From assembly GCA_947501605.1 (NCBI GenBank), contig CANMWZ010000002.1, positions 32,001 to 96,000 of the forward strand: a stretch of DNA of 64,000 bases. Direction: 5' to 3'. The notes below the pieces were generated by a model. The model made no database searches, was not told where the DNA came from, and saw nothing but the letters and a program-made list of their open reading frames with translations. Below, one piece after another: positions 1-10,805 of this stretch (positions within the stretch are counted from its first letter, which is position 1; every line of letters begins with the position of its first letter). The translations under genes and the position numbers were made by a program. The DNA is from Planctomycetota bacterium. Lineage in GTDB: Bacteria > Planctomycetota > UBA1135 > UBA2386.

Positions 1-1709
<1,709 letters not shown>

Positions 1710-1849
1710 CACTCCTCGTGCGTCGTAGCGTTGCGCGGTGCCTCGTGCAGCACCGCTGGTCCGATCGCTCCATCCTATCGGCCATTCCCGTCGGGGCCAT
1801 GAATGGTTCCCCGGCGGACTTTGCCCCGGCCTCAGGCTACGTTGTGGCC

Positions 1850-2875
1850 ATGACGATCGCTCGCCCCCTCACTGCACCAGCGCTCTGCACTGCGGCGCTG
1901 TCGGCGCTGCTCGCACTGACCTCCTGCGGCGGCGGTGTTACCTCAACCGGCCCGATCGACGGCCACGTGGCGATGAAGCATGTTAGCCACCTCTGCGAGA
2001 CCATCGGTGCGCGGCCGTTCGGCTCCGAGCAGCTCGCGGCTGCGACCGACTACCTCGCCAGTGAGATCCAGAAGCTCGGTCTCGAAGCCAAGCGTCATGA
2101 AGTCGTTGACCAACCGTCGGGACTGACGATCCGCAATCTCTATTGCCAGATTGACGGCCAGGACCCGAAGGACGGCCCGATCCTGATGATCGCGGCGCAC
2201 TACGACACCAAGAAGACCGCCGGTCACCCGGAGCCGCAGTACAACTTTCCGTTCGTCGGCGCGATCGACGGCGGCGGCGCACCCGCAGTACTGCTCGAGC
2301 TTGCGCGCTGCCTGAAGACGCGGGAACCGAAGCTGGTGCCGAACGTGTGGCTCTATTGGATCGATGCCGAGGAGTCGATTGACTTCCAATGGAACACCGA
2401 CCGGTCGCTGATCGGCAGCAAGGCGTTTGCTCGCTGGCTCGTCCGCGAGAAGGTAATGCCCCGCATCAAGACCTTCGTCTTGATCGACCTGATCGGCGAC
2501 CAGAACATCAAGATCGACAAGGACGGCAAGTCGAATCCGGAGCTGCAACAGATCTTTGCACAGACCGCAAAGGCGCTGGACCTCACCGACCGCGTCTACA
2601 AGTACGAGTCCGCCGCGACCGACGACCACGAGGTCTTCCGTGATTTCGGCGTGCCAGCAGTTCTGCTGATCGACTTCACCCACCGGATCGGCGAACAGCG
2701 CTGGCTCGAGATGAACCCAGGCACGAAGGCGCCTGACGCCGAGGGCTACGCGCAGTGGTGGCACACCAAGGAAGACACGGTAGACAAGATGTCGCCCGAG
2801 GCACTGGCCTTCACAGGCAACTTGGTTTGGGCGGCGCTGGTGGATCTCGAGAAGTTCGTCCTGAAACGCAAATGA
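1850..2875 (+). CDS. M28-family metallopeptidase / glutaminyl-cyclase-like lipoprotein
   Basis: Lipobox LLALTS-C; motifs AHYDTK, GAIDGG, DAEES, DLIG, DDH, WWHTKED. Start chosen at ATG 1850 behind TACGTT-N6. Confidence 0.85.
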   Translation: MTIARPLTAPALCTAALSALLALTSCGGGVTSTGPIDGHVAMKHVSHLCETIGARPFGSEQLAAATDYLASEIQKLGLEAKRHEVVDQPSGLTIRNLYCQIDGQDPKDGPILMIAAHYDTKKTAGHPEPQYNFPFVGAIDGGGAPAVLLELARCLKTREPKLVPNVWLYWIDAEESIDFQWNTDRSLIGSKAFARWLVREKVMPRIKTFVLIDLIGDQNIKIDKDGKSNPELQQIFAQTAKALDLTDRVYKYESAATDDHEVFRDFGVPAVLLIDFTHRIGEQRWLEMNPGTKAPDAEGYAQWWHTKEDTVDKMSPEALAFTGNLVWAALVDLEKFVLKRK

Positions 2876-3936
2876 GGCTAGCCATGAAGCGCCCAGCCGC
2901 CGCAGTCCTGGTCTTGTTGCTCGCCGCGTGCTTCGGGGCCGGCCTAGCGCAGCGCTCTCGCAGCGCGAGCAGTATGCCCCCCACGCAGGCACCGCAAGCG
3001 GCCAGTCAGCCGAAGATGCACTCTGCGATCGACCAGGCGGATCTACTCGAGCTTGCAGCAGTGCGCGCTCCGGCTGACTTCGGCGAACAAGCGATGGCCC
3101 ATATGAAGGCGATCACCAACTTCGGCCCGCGACACACTGCGACGATGCCAACACCGGGCTGGACCCAGCAGCTCGATTACATTTGCGACCAGTTGGAGAA
3201 GAGCGGATTGGTTGTTGAGCGCGACACCTGGACCGATCGCAAGGAACTGCTGACGTTCACCAATGTGCGCGCCGTTGTGAAGGGCAAGCACAAGGACCGC
3301 ATCGTGCTGGCCTGCCACCACGACACGAAGTGCACTCAGGGCCACGCCGATCCGAGCCGCAACTTCCACTTCGTCGGTGCAAACGACGGCGGCAGTGGCG
3401 TCGCGTTCCTTCTGGCGATCGCCCCCGTGCTGCTGCAGCGACAGAACGAGGCGACGATCGAGCTGCTGTTTCTCGACGGCGAGGAGAGCCTCGACTGGAA
3501 CTGGAACAACGCGACGCGCGCCCTCTTCGGCAGCAAGCGCTTCGTGCAACGGCAGCGTGATGCCGAACTGCTTGGCAAAGCCGAGCGGATACGGGCACTG
3601 GTGCTCCTCGACATGGTTGCACGCTCGGACCTGCACATCCAAGAAGAGCTCTACAGCACGACCGAGCTGCGTCGCATTCTGTATTCCTCGGCGATTGCCA
3701 CCGGCCATCGAGACCGGTTCTTCCGCATGGCGGAGTCGGCGAGCGACGATCACGTGCCGTTCCTCGACGTCGGGATCCCAGCTGTCGACTTGATCGACCT
3801 CAAGGACAACCCCCACTGGCACAAGGCCACCGATACGCTGGAGAACTGCTCGGCGGCGAGTTTGCAGATCGTTGGCGACGTCGTGCTGACGATGCTGCCG
3901 GCCATCGAAGCGCAGTACTTCGGCGAAGATCGCTGA
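2872..3936 (+). CDS. Second M28 / glutaminyl-cyclase-like protein, secreted
   Basis: ATGA overlap with the previous stop (alternative start 2884); signal peptide ending GAGLA-Q; motifs CHHDTK, GANDGGSG, DGEES, DDH, HWHKATD. Confidence 0.85.
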   Translation: MRLAMKRPAAAVLVLLLAACFGAGLAQRSRSASSMPPTQAPQAASQPKMHSAIDQADLLELAAVRAPADFGEQAMAHMKAITNFGPRHTATMPTPGWTQQLDYICDQLEKSGLVVERDTWTDRKELLTFTNVRAVVKGKHKDRIVLACHHDTKCTQGHADPSRNFHFVGANDGGSGVAFLLAIAPVLLQRQNEATIELLFLDGEESLDWNWNNATRALFGSKRFVQRQRDAELLGKAERIRALVLLDMVARSDLHIQEELYSTTELRRILYSSAIATGHRDRFFRMAESASDDHVPFLDVGIPAVDLIDLKDNPHWHKATDTLENCSAASLQIVGDVVLTMLPAIEAQYFGEDR

Positions 3937-4727
3937 TGCCGCAGGTGTTACGAGGGGACCGCTTGGTCCACTACACGCAGGGCGGTGAGGGGCCGGGCCT
4001 CGTGCTCGTTCCAGGCCTCGGTTCCGGCTCCAAGTTGTTCGGCACGCTGCCGCGTCGCTTCGCGCGAGCCGGATTCACCTGTGCTGCGGTCGACCCCGTC
4101 GGCATCGAGCCGTCGAGTCCGCTGCCAGCAGGAGTCTATGATTTCGACGAGGCCGCTCGCGACGTCTTGGCGGTCGCCGCACGACTGCCGCAACCCGTAG
4201 CTCTCGTCGGCACCTCCCTCGGCGGCAAGGTAGCCTTGCGTGCCGCAAGCCTGCAGCCAGAAGCCGTCGGCAGGCTCGTGATGCTCTGTAGCACTGCTGT
4301 CGTCAGCGCTCGTGCACGTCGGATCTACCGGATGTTCGAACTGATGAGTACCGAGGTCGACGGCAAGTTGTTCGGTGATCTGATCGCACCATTCCTGTTT
4401 GGCAGCACGTTCTTGCAGACCAAGACGGGTGTCGTGGATGACATCCTACGGAGCATGCGACCAACACCGACGAGTCGCGCCTTCATGGCCGCGCAGGCGC
4501 GCGCCCTACAACAGTGGGATGGGAACAGCGACACCCGCACCTGTCGTGCTACTACCCTCTGCCTTGCCGGTGCAGAGGACACGCTTAGCCCGCCATCTGA
4601 GATCGAAGACACGGCGGCACGAATCCCGGGCGCTCGCTACGGCGCGATCGCCAACGCCGGCCACTCACTACTTTTGGAGAGTGCCACTGCGTTTCTCGAG
4701 GTGACCCGCTTCCTCTTGGCGCGCTGA
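3936..4727 (+). CDS. Alpha/beta fold hydrolase
   Basis: Nucleophile elbow GTSLGG, acid GAED, His AGHS; start overlaps the upstream stop (TGATG). Confidence 0.88.
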   Translation: MPQVLRGDRLVHYTQGGEGPGLVLVPGLGSGSKLFGTLPRRFARAGFTCAAVDPVGIEPSSPLPAGVYDFDEAARDVLAVAARLPQPVALVGTSLGGKVALRAASLQPEAVGRLVMLCSTAVVSARARRIYRMFELMSTEVDGKLFGDLIAPFLFGSTFLQTKTGVVDDILRSMRPTPTSRAFMAAQARALQQWDGNSDTRTCRATTLCLAGAEDTLSPPSEIEDTAARIPGARYGAIANAGHSLLLESATAFLEVTRFLLAR

Positions 4728-5005
4728 GCGCTCGGCATCAGGCCGAAATCCGGCCTCCAGTCCTCGAGCGGCCATTCGCACTCCGTTGTCATCGCCCTTT
4801 GTTGCGGAGGATCCTCGAAGTGGTGCCGCAGCAAGCCGGCGAGCGAGGCCGAGCAACCAAGGCCGAGGGCAAGGAGCGAATTCGCAGCGGCATCCGTGGA
4901 TTCCGCGAAGAACTCGCGACGCAGCCAGCGGCCGACGTGCCGGCCGCAGCCGCTGGGGTGTTGTGAAACGACTTCGAGCCAGAACGGGTGCGCACTCGAA
5001 ATCAA
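4637..5005 (-). CDS. Possible small hypothetical protein (uncertain)
   Basis: Frame ISSAHPFWLEVVSQHP...WRPDFGLMP has coding-like GC-rich third positions and fills a 400-bp gap, but it overlaps the hydrolase 3' end by about 90 bp and has no recognisable motif. Confidence 0.3.
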   Translation of the reverse strand: MISSAHPFWLEVVSQHPSGCGRHVGRWLRREFFAESTDAAANSLLALGLGCSASLAGLLRHHFEDPPQQRAMTTECEWPLEDWRPDFGLMPSAQRAKRKRVTSRNAVALSKSSEWPALAIAP

Positions 5006-5136
5006 GGAGCACGAACTGAGTCGAGTCCGAGGATGCGACAGGCTGCGCGCGCCGCAGAGATAGGAGAGTTTGGCCCCGATGTCAGTGCGGAGGCACGATG
5101 CGTCCTGCAACGGGCACCGCGGCCCATTCGATACAC

Positions 5137-7761
5137 TCAGCGGATCTCGACGGTGGCACCCGGAAGCACATGCACACGGAAACTCCGGCCAAGTTCGTCG
5201 AGGACTTGGTAGTCGCCGCTCGGAAGATCACGCGCCATCCAGCCATCCATCTCATTGAGGATCCGGTAGCCGACCGCCCGCGCGCCACAGAGACCGACGT
5301 CGAGCGGCTGCCACACGGTCCTGAGCGTTTGCTGCGATTGCGTCAGCAGCGCGCTCAACTGCGCGCCACCTGTCGACTGCACACGCAGCACTTCCAATCG
5401 CTGCCGGGACGCGTCCTGCAATGACGCGATGTTGACCCGAGAGTAGCCAGTCCCGTCGCTGCGGAACGCCAGCAACTCGAACTCTCCTGCCTTGAGGGCT
5501 AGACGCAACGAGCCATTGGCATGCGTCAGGCCCAAGAAACGAGCGTGCACGCCACCGTTGACCCGGACGCGCAGTGCATAAACCTGAACTTGACCGAGCT
5601 GGCTGCCAAATCCATTCTGCACGAGCAGTTCATGGCCCTGACTAGGTTCGGCCTGGGCCTCGGAAAAGCGCGACTGAACAGCGATCTCAAGACTGTTGCC
5701 GTCGACCCCAGGCACGCTCTCCAAAGGCGGCAACACCGAAACACGATCGATGAGCTCGCCACCGACGTCGGCCATCCCGGGCCCCGCGCTCGCGATCGGT
5801 TGCAGCATCGGGCGCACCACACTGCCGGCTTCGAGCCACAGTCGGCCGCGACCGACGCGCATGCCGTTGGCCACCCCCGACCCATCGGCAAGTGCGACAT
5901 GACGCCGGACAGCCGAGCCCGGCGGCATACCTACGACCTCTTCGAGCACCACGCTGCTGCGCGATGGCGGCAAACCACGAAGTACCAGGTCGCGCAACGG
6001 CGGCGAGGAGACGCGGAGTTCGCCAGCGACGGCGGCCGTAGTCCCAGGCAAGGGAATCGCCTGGAACACCACATCGCCGAGCGGATGGAACACGAGCGCA
6101 CAGGGCACTTGGTGCGGTAGCAGGCGCGTCGGCAAACCAGCAAACGCAAAGCGGCCGTCGCGATCGGCCGACACGGCACCGTCGAGCCACGGCCAGACCT
6201 GCCCCAAGGCCTCGTCGTAGAGACACGGCACCACGCGTGCATTGCTGCGATCCTGAGTGTCGCCCAGGATGCGACCGCGCAACAAAACCGACCGGCCAAG
6301 AATGGCCGTCGGCAGTTGGAAACCGCCGCCGTCAACCGGCATGAGGGCGTGCGCATCCTGCGGCAAGAAGGCGAGATCGACCCGACCAACCGGGGGTGCA
6401 ATCTGAACGAGCGCGTAGCCCTCGCGGACACCACTACCAGTTGGCAGCTCGTACGCGCCCAATGCGTCGGTGACGAGTTGCCGTGCCATCAGGCCAGTGC
6501 TAGCCGCGAACGACAACCGCACCAGCGCGTTCGCAACGGGCGCGCCGAACGTGTCCAGCACCACCCCGCGCAGATCAGGATGATCGGGGGCCTCGATAGG
6601 CCTCCGCCCTGATGCGCCCGCAAGCGGACCGAACGACTGCGGTACCGGCTGGTTCTCGACTGCGATCCCGGCCATCCCTCGGCTGTAGCGTCCCACTTGT
6701 CCGGCACCGATCACGGCAGCGTTGCCGGACTCACGATCGAGCCGCGCGACCTCCCCGTTGTGCACCTCGATACGAACTCCGATGTTACCAGCAGAGGCAA
6801 GCAGGTCATCGTAGGGCCCCATCTGCTCGGTCACCGAGATGTGGTACAGGCCGGCGCCAAGCTCGACACTCGTGCCATCACCCAGCAACACCGACATCGG
6901 CCGTTGCGAGTAAACCTCCAACGAACCGTGCAGCAGTTGAAGTTGCTCGGCGACATGCAGGTTGCAATCGCCACGCAGACGCAACTGAGCCGCCGGCTGC
7001 TGGCCGATGACCGAAGCGTCGTACCACTCCGCGTCGAGGGAACCCTCTGCGTCAATGCGCAGCACCGCGCCCTCACCCAAGCCATCGCCGGGTCCGAGTC
7101 GGAGCAGATTGCCGTTCGCCGCGCGCCACACTTGATCCGCTGCGACTACGGACAAGCGGACGTTCGCCGTAACCTCCACGACGTTCTGCCAGACGAAGCC
7201 GAGGACCGCGACAAGCACCGCGGCAGCCAAGCTCGCGAACAGGAGCCAGCCGCGGGCTCGCCGATGTGTTGCCTGACGGTTGGCTCGCAACTCGGCACTG
7301 GCTCGAGCAACCACTCGGCGGGCAAGATCGATCTGCGGCGCCGCGTGCCGCACCATCGGCGAGCGCGTGTCTTTGTCGTCGTCAACCAAGGCCGCCGCAG
7401 CGGCGGCGTCCGCCGCGTCCGCCGCCAGGGCGGCTTCGATCGCCAGTTCGGGCGACTCGAACAAGATCCGTGCGAGCGTTCGTCGAGCAAAGCCCTGGCG
7501 CGGCGCCGCTTGCTCCCAGCCATCGCCAAACGCGCGGCGCAGTCGGAGCACTTCGAACTCGGAGCGCGACAACGCGAGACCGCAATCGCGGCAGCCGTGG
7601 ACGTGGGTCTCCACCTCCGCTCGTTGCTCGAGCGGTAGATCCGCATCGGCAAAGTCGCGCAAGAGAGACCGCATTCGCGCGCACATCGACGAAGCCGGAA
7701 CCGACTGGCGAAGCTCGCGCGGGTCGGGCGGCTGGTGCATGGGTTCTGGTAGGTCGCTCAT
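5137..7761 (-). CDS. Large anti-sigma factor: zinc-binding ZAS/zf-HC2 domain, TM helix, FecR-like and carboxypeptidase-regulatory-like extracytoplasmic domains
   Basis: HVHGCRDC (HxxxCxxC); hydrophobic WLLFASLAAAVLVAVLGFVW; LRGVVLDTFGAPVANALV...TDALGAYEL; ATGA coupling to the sigma gene. Confidence 0.78.
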   Translation of the reverse strand: MSDLPEPMHQPPDPRELRQSVPASSMCARMRSLLRDFADADLPLEQRAEVETHVHGCRDCGLALSRSEFEVLRLRRAFGDGWEQAAPRQGFARRTLARILFESPELAIEAALAADAADAAAAAALVDDDKDTRSPMVRHAAPQIDLARRVVARASAELRANRQATHRRARGWLLFASLAAAVLVAVLGFVWQNVVEVTANVRLSVVAADQVWRAANGNLLRLGPGDGLGEGAVLRIDAEGSLDAEWYDASVIGQQPAAQLRLRGDCNLHVAEQLQLLHGSLEVYSQRPMSVLLGDGTSVELGAGLYHISVTEQMGPYDDLLASAGNIGVRIEVHNGEVARLDRESGNAAVIGAGQVGRYSRGMAGIAVENQPVPQSFGPLAGASGRRPIEAPDHPDLRGVVLDTFGAPVANALVRLSFAASTGLMARQLVTDALGAYELPTGSGVREGYALVQIAPPVGRVDLAFLPQDAHALMPVDGGGFQLPTAILGRSVLLRGRILGDTQDRSNARVVPCLYDEALGQVWPWLDGAVSADRDGRFAFAGLPTRLLPHQVPCALVFHPLGDVVFQAIPLPGTTAAVAGELRVSSPPLRDLVLRGLPPSRSSVVLEEVVGMPPGSAVRRHVALADGSGVANGMRVGRGRLWLEAGSVVRPMLQPIASAGPGMADVGGELIDRVSVLPPLESVPGVDGNSLEIAVQSRFSEAQAEPSQGHELLVQNGFGSQLGQVQVYALRVRVNGGVHARFLGLTHANGSLRLALKAGEFELLAFRSDGTGYSRVNIASLQDASRQRLEVLRVQSTGGAQLSALLTQSQQTLRTVWQPLDVGLCGARAVGYRILNEMDGWMARDLPSGDYQVLDELGRSFRVHVLPGATVEIR

Positions 7762-8318
7762 GCTTCCATCACCCGTTCCAGTCGACTTGCCAGAATGTCC
7801 TTGGCCCGAGCAATCTGCAGTTTGACGCTGCTGATGGAGATCCCCAGCGAATCGGCAATCTGCTGATTGCTCATGCCGCGCAGGTACTTCAACTCCAGAG
7901 GGAGTCGCGCACGTTCGCTCAGCCGATCCAGTTCGCCTCGAATCGTATGCTGCAGCGTCCTCTGCGCGTCGGAAGCCGCGCGCCGGTCTGGCGCCTGCTG
8001 GACGTGGTCTTCGCCCTCTTCGCCGCCCAGCAGTGGCAGCGCGGACGTGCGACGTCGACGCAGCCGATCGCGGCAGGCATTGCCGGCAATGCACAAGAGC
8101 CACGGCTCCAACTCTCGGCTGGCGTCGAATTGATGCCGGGCGCGGAACAGCTTGACGAACGCATCTTGTGCTGCTTCCTCGGCATCCTCCGGACTACGGA
8201 CAATGCTCAAGGCCAAGCCGTAGACCATGTTCTGGTAGCGCTCGACCAACTGCTCGAATGCCTCCAGGTCACCAGCCTGGACTCGGAGCATTAGCTCGTT
8301 TTCGATGCGTTGGGACAC
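7758..8318 (-). CDS. ECF (sigma-70 group 4) RNA polymerase sigma factor
   Basis: GDLEAFEQLVERYQ, DAEEAAQDAFVK, WLLCIAGNACRDRLRR, region 4 MSNQQIADSLGISISSVK...RAK. Start GTG 8318 is approximate. Confidence 0.92.
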   Translation of the reverse strand: MSQRIENELMLRVQAGDLEAFEQLVERYQNMVYGLALSIVRSPEDAEEAAQDAFVKLFRARHQFDASRELEPWLLCIAGNACRDRLRRRRTSALPLLGGEEGEDHVQQAPDRRAASDAQRTLQHTIRGELDRLSERARLPLELKYLRGMSNQQIADSLGISISSVKLQIARAKDILASRLERVMEA

Positions 8319-8512
8319 GGTGGGGAGCAGAACGTGAGGGAGAGACCGAGGGAACAACGGAGTATGCAGGGCCTTACGCACATCGCCCAGCCCCGGGACA
8401 CGGTTTGTCCGGGGATTCACCAGTCTTGGAGAGACACCGGGGCCAGGCATTTTTTCCCGCGTTCTCCAGGGTTCGATCGCATCGGTCGATCCAGGCTCTG
8501 CAGGAACTCAGC

Positions 8513-9091
8513 ATGGCCAAGATCCCCGACAAGCAAGGAATCTTCTTCGAACTCGACGGCGTCCTCGTCGCGTCCCCCGACCTCGGTCCCAACAACGAAA
8601 TGAAGCTGCTGCCGCGCAGCTTCGAGGCTCTCGGCAAAATCGACCCGGAGCGATTCCGCATCTTCATTGCGACCAGTCGCCACGACATCGCCTTCGGCCA
8701 GCGCAAGGAGCGTGAGTTCACGCGCTTCTGCGAGGTCCTGGTCGAGCGCTTACGCGCCGACGGCATCCCCATCGCCAAGATCTACTCCTGCCCCTATCAC
8801 CCCAAGGGCAAGGGGCGCTTCCGCCGCGAATCCGTGTTCCGCAAGCCGGGGCCGGGCATCTTCAAGATGGCCCAACAGGAGTTTGACCTCAACCTGCACC
8901 GCTGCTGGATGATCGGCCATACCACTCTCGATGTGCTCGCAGCACAGCGCGCTGAAGTGGGCACGATCTTGGTTCGCACCGGTCAAGGCGGCCAAGACGC
9001 CCAGTACCCGGTGGAGTCGCATTTTGTTGAAGACGACCTCTGGGAGGCCATCTCTCGCATCAATCAGTTCGAGCACGCCTTGCGCGTGTGA
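8513..9091 (+). CDS. GmhB/HisB-like HAD-IIIA fold protein with degenerate active site
   Basis: IFFELDGVL, IYSCPYHP, FRKPGPG, CWMIGH...D, ILVRTG match the GmhB layout, but the catalytic Asp residues are altered (see findings). Confidence 0.8.
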   Translation: MAKIPDKQGIFFELDGVLVASPDLGPNNEMKLLPRSFEALGKIDPERFRIFIATSRHDIAFGQRKEREFTRFCEVLVERLRADGIPIAKIYSCPYHPKGKGRFRRESVFRKPGPGIFKMAQQEFDLNLHRCWMIGHTTLDVLAAQRAEVGTILVRTGQGGQDAQYPVESHFVEDDLWEAISRINQFEHALRV

Positions 9092-9110
9092 CGGACCGCA
9101 GAGCGCCGCG

Positions 9111-9851
9111 TCAGTCGAGTGCCACCGCACCGACGACGCCACCGCCCCGGTGACGCAGCGCCGCGGCCAATACCGAGGCGCTGGTCTCCCCGAGCACCAC
9201 CCGATGGGAGCGCCCAACGGAGAGCTTGCATCGCAGTGCCTCTCCCGTGTCGGTCATGGTCGTGTCCACCGGCACGACGGGCATCGTTCGGCCTACCACT
9301 GCGAGCCCCGCGGCAATTGCGGCAGCCGCAATCGACGGCACATAGACGGCGGTGCATTCGGCCGGTAGATGCGTGCCGAACTCCATCCCGATCGTCGCCA
9401 ATCCCGCCGCGACCTCAGGATGCTCCGCCCCCGGCAACGGCAGGTGCCCGTTCTGTCGTTGCATGCGTGCGGCCGAGGCGACGGGGTCGGCAACCACTTC
9501 GACCGTGGCCTTGAGCGACGCGAGCGCTTCGTTCACGTCGTCGAGCAGCGGCACGCTGGAGAACACATGCATCGACAACCGGTGATGGTACGCCGCGACC
9601 GCCGCCGCGAGTACCTGTGCCACGGGCCCGCAGAAGGACACGCCGGGCAAGGCCCCGTAGCTCTTCAACAGCAGATGCAGGTAGCCGCGATACCAGCCCG
9701 AGCCTCCGGTTTGGATGAGCTCGGCTTTCCAGCGCAAATCGACCTCACCATCGCCAGCCAAGTGCACGCCACCGATAACCGGCGTGGTCACAACCTGACC
9801 GCGCAGCTTGGCTGCGGCCGAGTGCACCACCGGGGCTGACAAGTCGTTCAT
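9111..9851 (-). CDS. Threonine/serine dehydratase-like (fold-type II PLP) protein lacking the PLP lysine
   Basis: VVTTPV, WKAELIQTGGSGWYRG (cf. LKxENLQxTGSFKxRG), AGLATIGMEF. Confidence 0.7.
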   Translation of the reverse strand: MNDLSAPVVHSAAAKLRGQVVTTPVIGGVHLAGDGEVDLRWKAELIQTGGSGWYRGYLHLLLKSYGALPGVSFCGPVAQVLAAAVAAYHHRLSMHVFSSVPLLDDVNEALASLKATVEVVADPVASAARMQRQNGHLPLPGAEHPEVAAGLATIGMEFGTHLPAECTAVYVPSIAAAAIAAGLAVVGRTMPVVPVDTTMTDTGEALRCKLSVGRSHRVVLGETSASVLAAALRHRGGGVVGAVALD

Positions 9852-9881
9852 GCCGCCGATCTTCGATTGCCTGCAGGGGAC

Positions 9882-10616
9882 TCACAAGGTCGCACTGAGC
9901 GTTCTGGCCCGGCACGAAGTGAGCAGCGCCACCTCATGCGCCCCGGCCGCGAGCAAGACGCGTGCGCACGCACGGGCCGTGGCGCCTGAGGTCGTCACGT
10001 CGTCGATCAACACGATGCGCTGCCCGCAGACTACCTGCGGACGCTCGACCTCGAAGGCGCCGTCGACGTTCAGGGCGCGCGAGAGGACGCGGGGGTCGCC
10101 TTGCGGTCGGGTCGCGCGCGAACGGCGCAAGCAACTGGCCACACAGCACAGCGAGAGTCGCGTAGCAACTGCTTGGGCTAGCAGTTCTGCCTGGTCGAAG
10201 CCACGGGCGCGGCGCCGCAAACGATGCAACGGCACCGCCACGATGCGTGCGTGTCGCCACTCCGGCATGAGGCTACTGCCCACGACTTCGGCCATGGCTT
10301 TGGCAAGCAGAGAGAGGGCACCAAAGTCTCCCGCCAGCTTGAATCGCCGCACCAACGCTCCGCCGGTTCCGCGGTAGCGAAACGGGGCGCGGGCGAAGGC
10401 GATCCCCTGCAGAGGGCGGTGGTCGTAGCTACACCGCCCGGGAGCCGCCAGTGGCTCGCCGCACCGACGACAGCCGCCCGGTGGAATCCCCTCGAGATGC
10501 ACGCGGCACGGTCGGCAGAGGCGATACCCGGCGTCGAGTTCCCCCCGGCCGGCACCGCACCCCGGGCAGTGCGGCGGCAGCACCAGGTCGAGGCATGCCG
10601 CCTTCAGTTCGCGCAC
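9882..10616 (-). CDS. comF: ComF/GntX family protein (double zinc ribbon + phosphoribosyltransferase)
   Basis: PPHCPGC, LCRPC, CRRC, VAVPLH, RGFDQA, IVLIDDVTTSGAT. Start uncertain (10616-10667). Confidence 0.88.
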   Translation of the reverse strand: MRELKAACLDLVLPPHCPGCGAGRGELDAGYRLCRPCRVHLEGIPPGGCRRCGEPLAAPGRCSYDHRPLQGIAFARAPFRYRGTGGALVRRFKLAGDFGALSLLAKAMAEVVGSSLMPEWRHARIVAVPLHRLRRRARGFDQAELLAQAVATRLSLCCVASCLRRSRATRPQGDPRVLSRALNVDGAFEVERPQVVCGQRIVLIDDVTTSGATARACARVLLAAGAHEVALLTSCRARTLSATL

Positions 10617-10805
10617 TAGTCGCCGGTAGACAATGCGGGCCCCGAGTTGCTTCGTTCCCATGAGCATAGGGGAACGATCACGTGCGTTCTGGTCGCCTCC
10701 GCAACTGGCTTGCGGCGCGCCTAGCCGGCAGCCCTACCCTGCGCGGGTGTTTGCGGGATGGGCCACCGGGCGCTCCGGCCGGATTGGCGTGCGCGCCACG
10801 TAACC

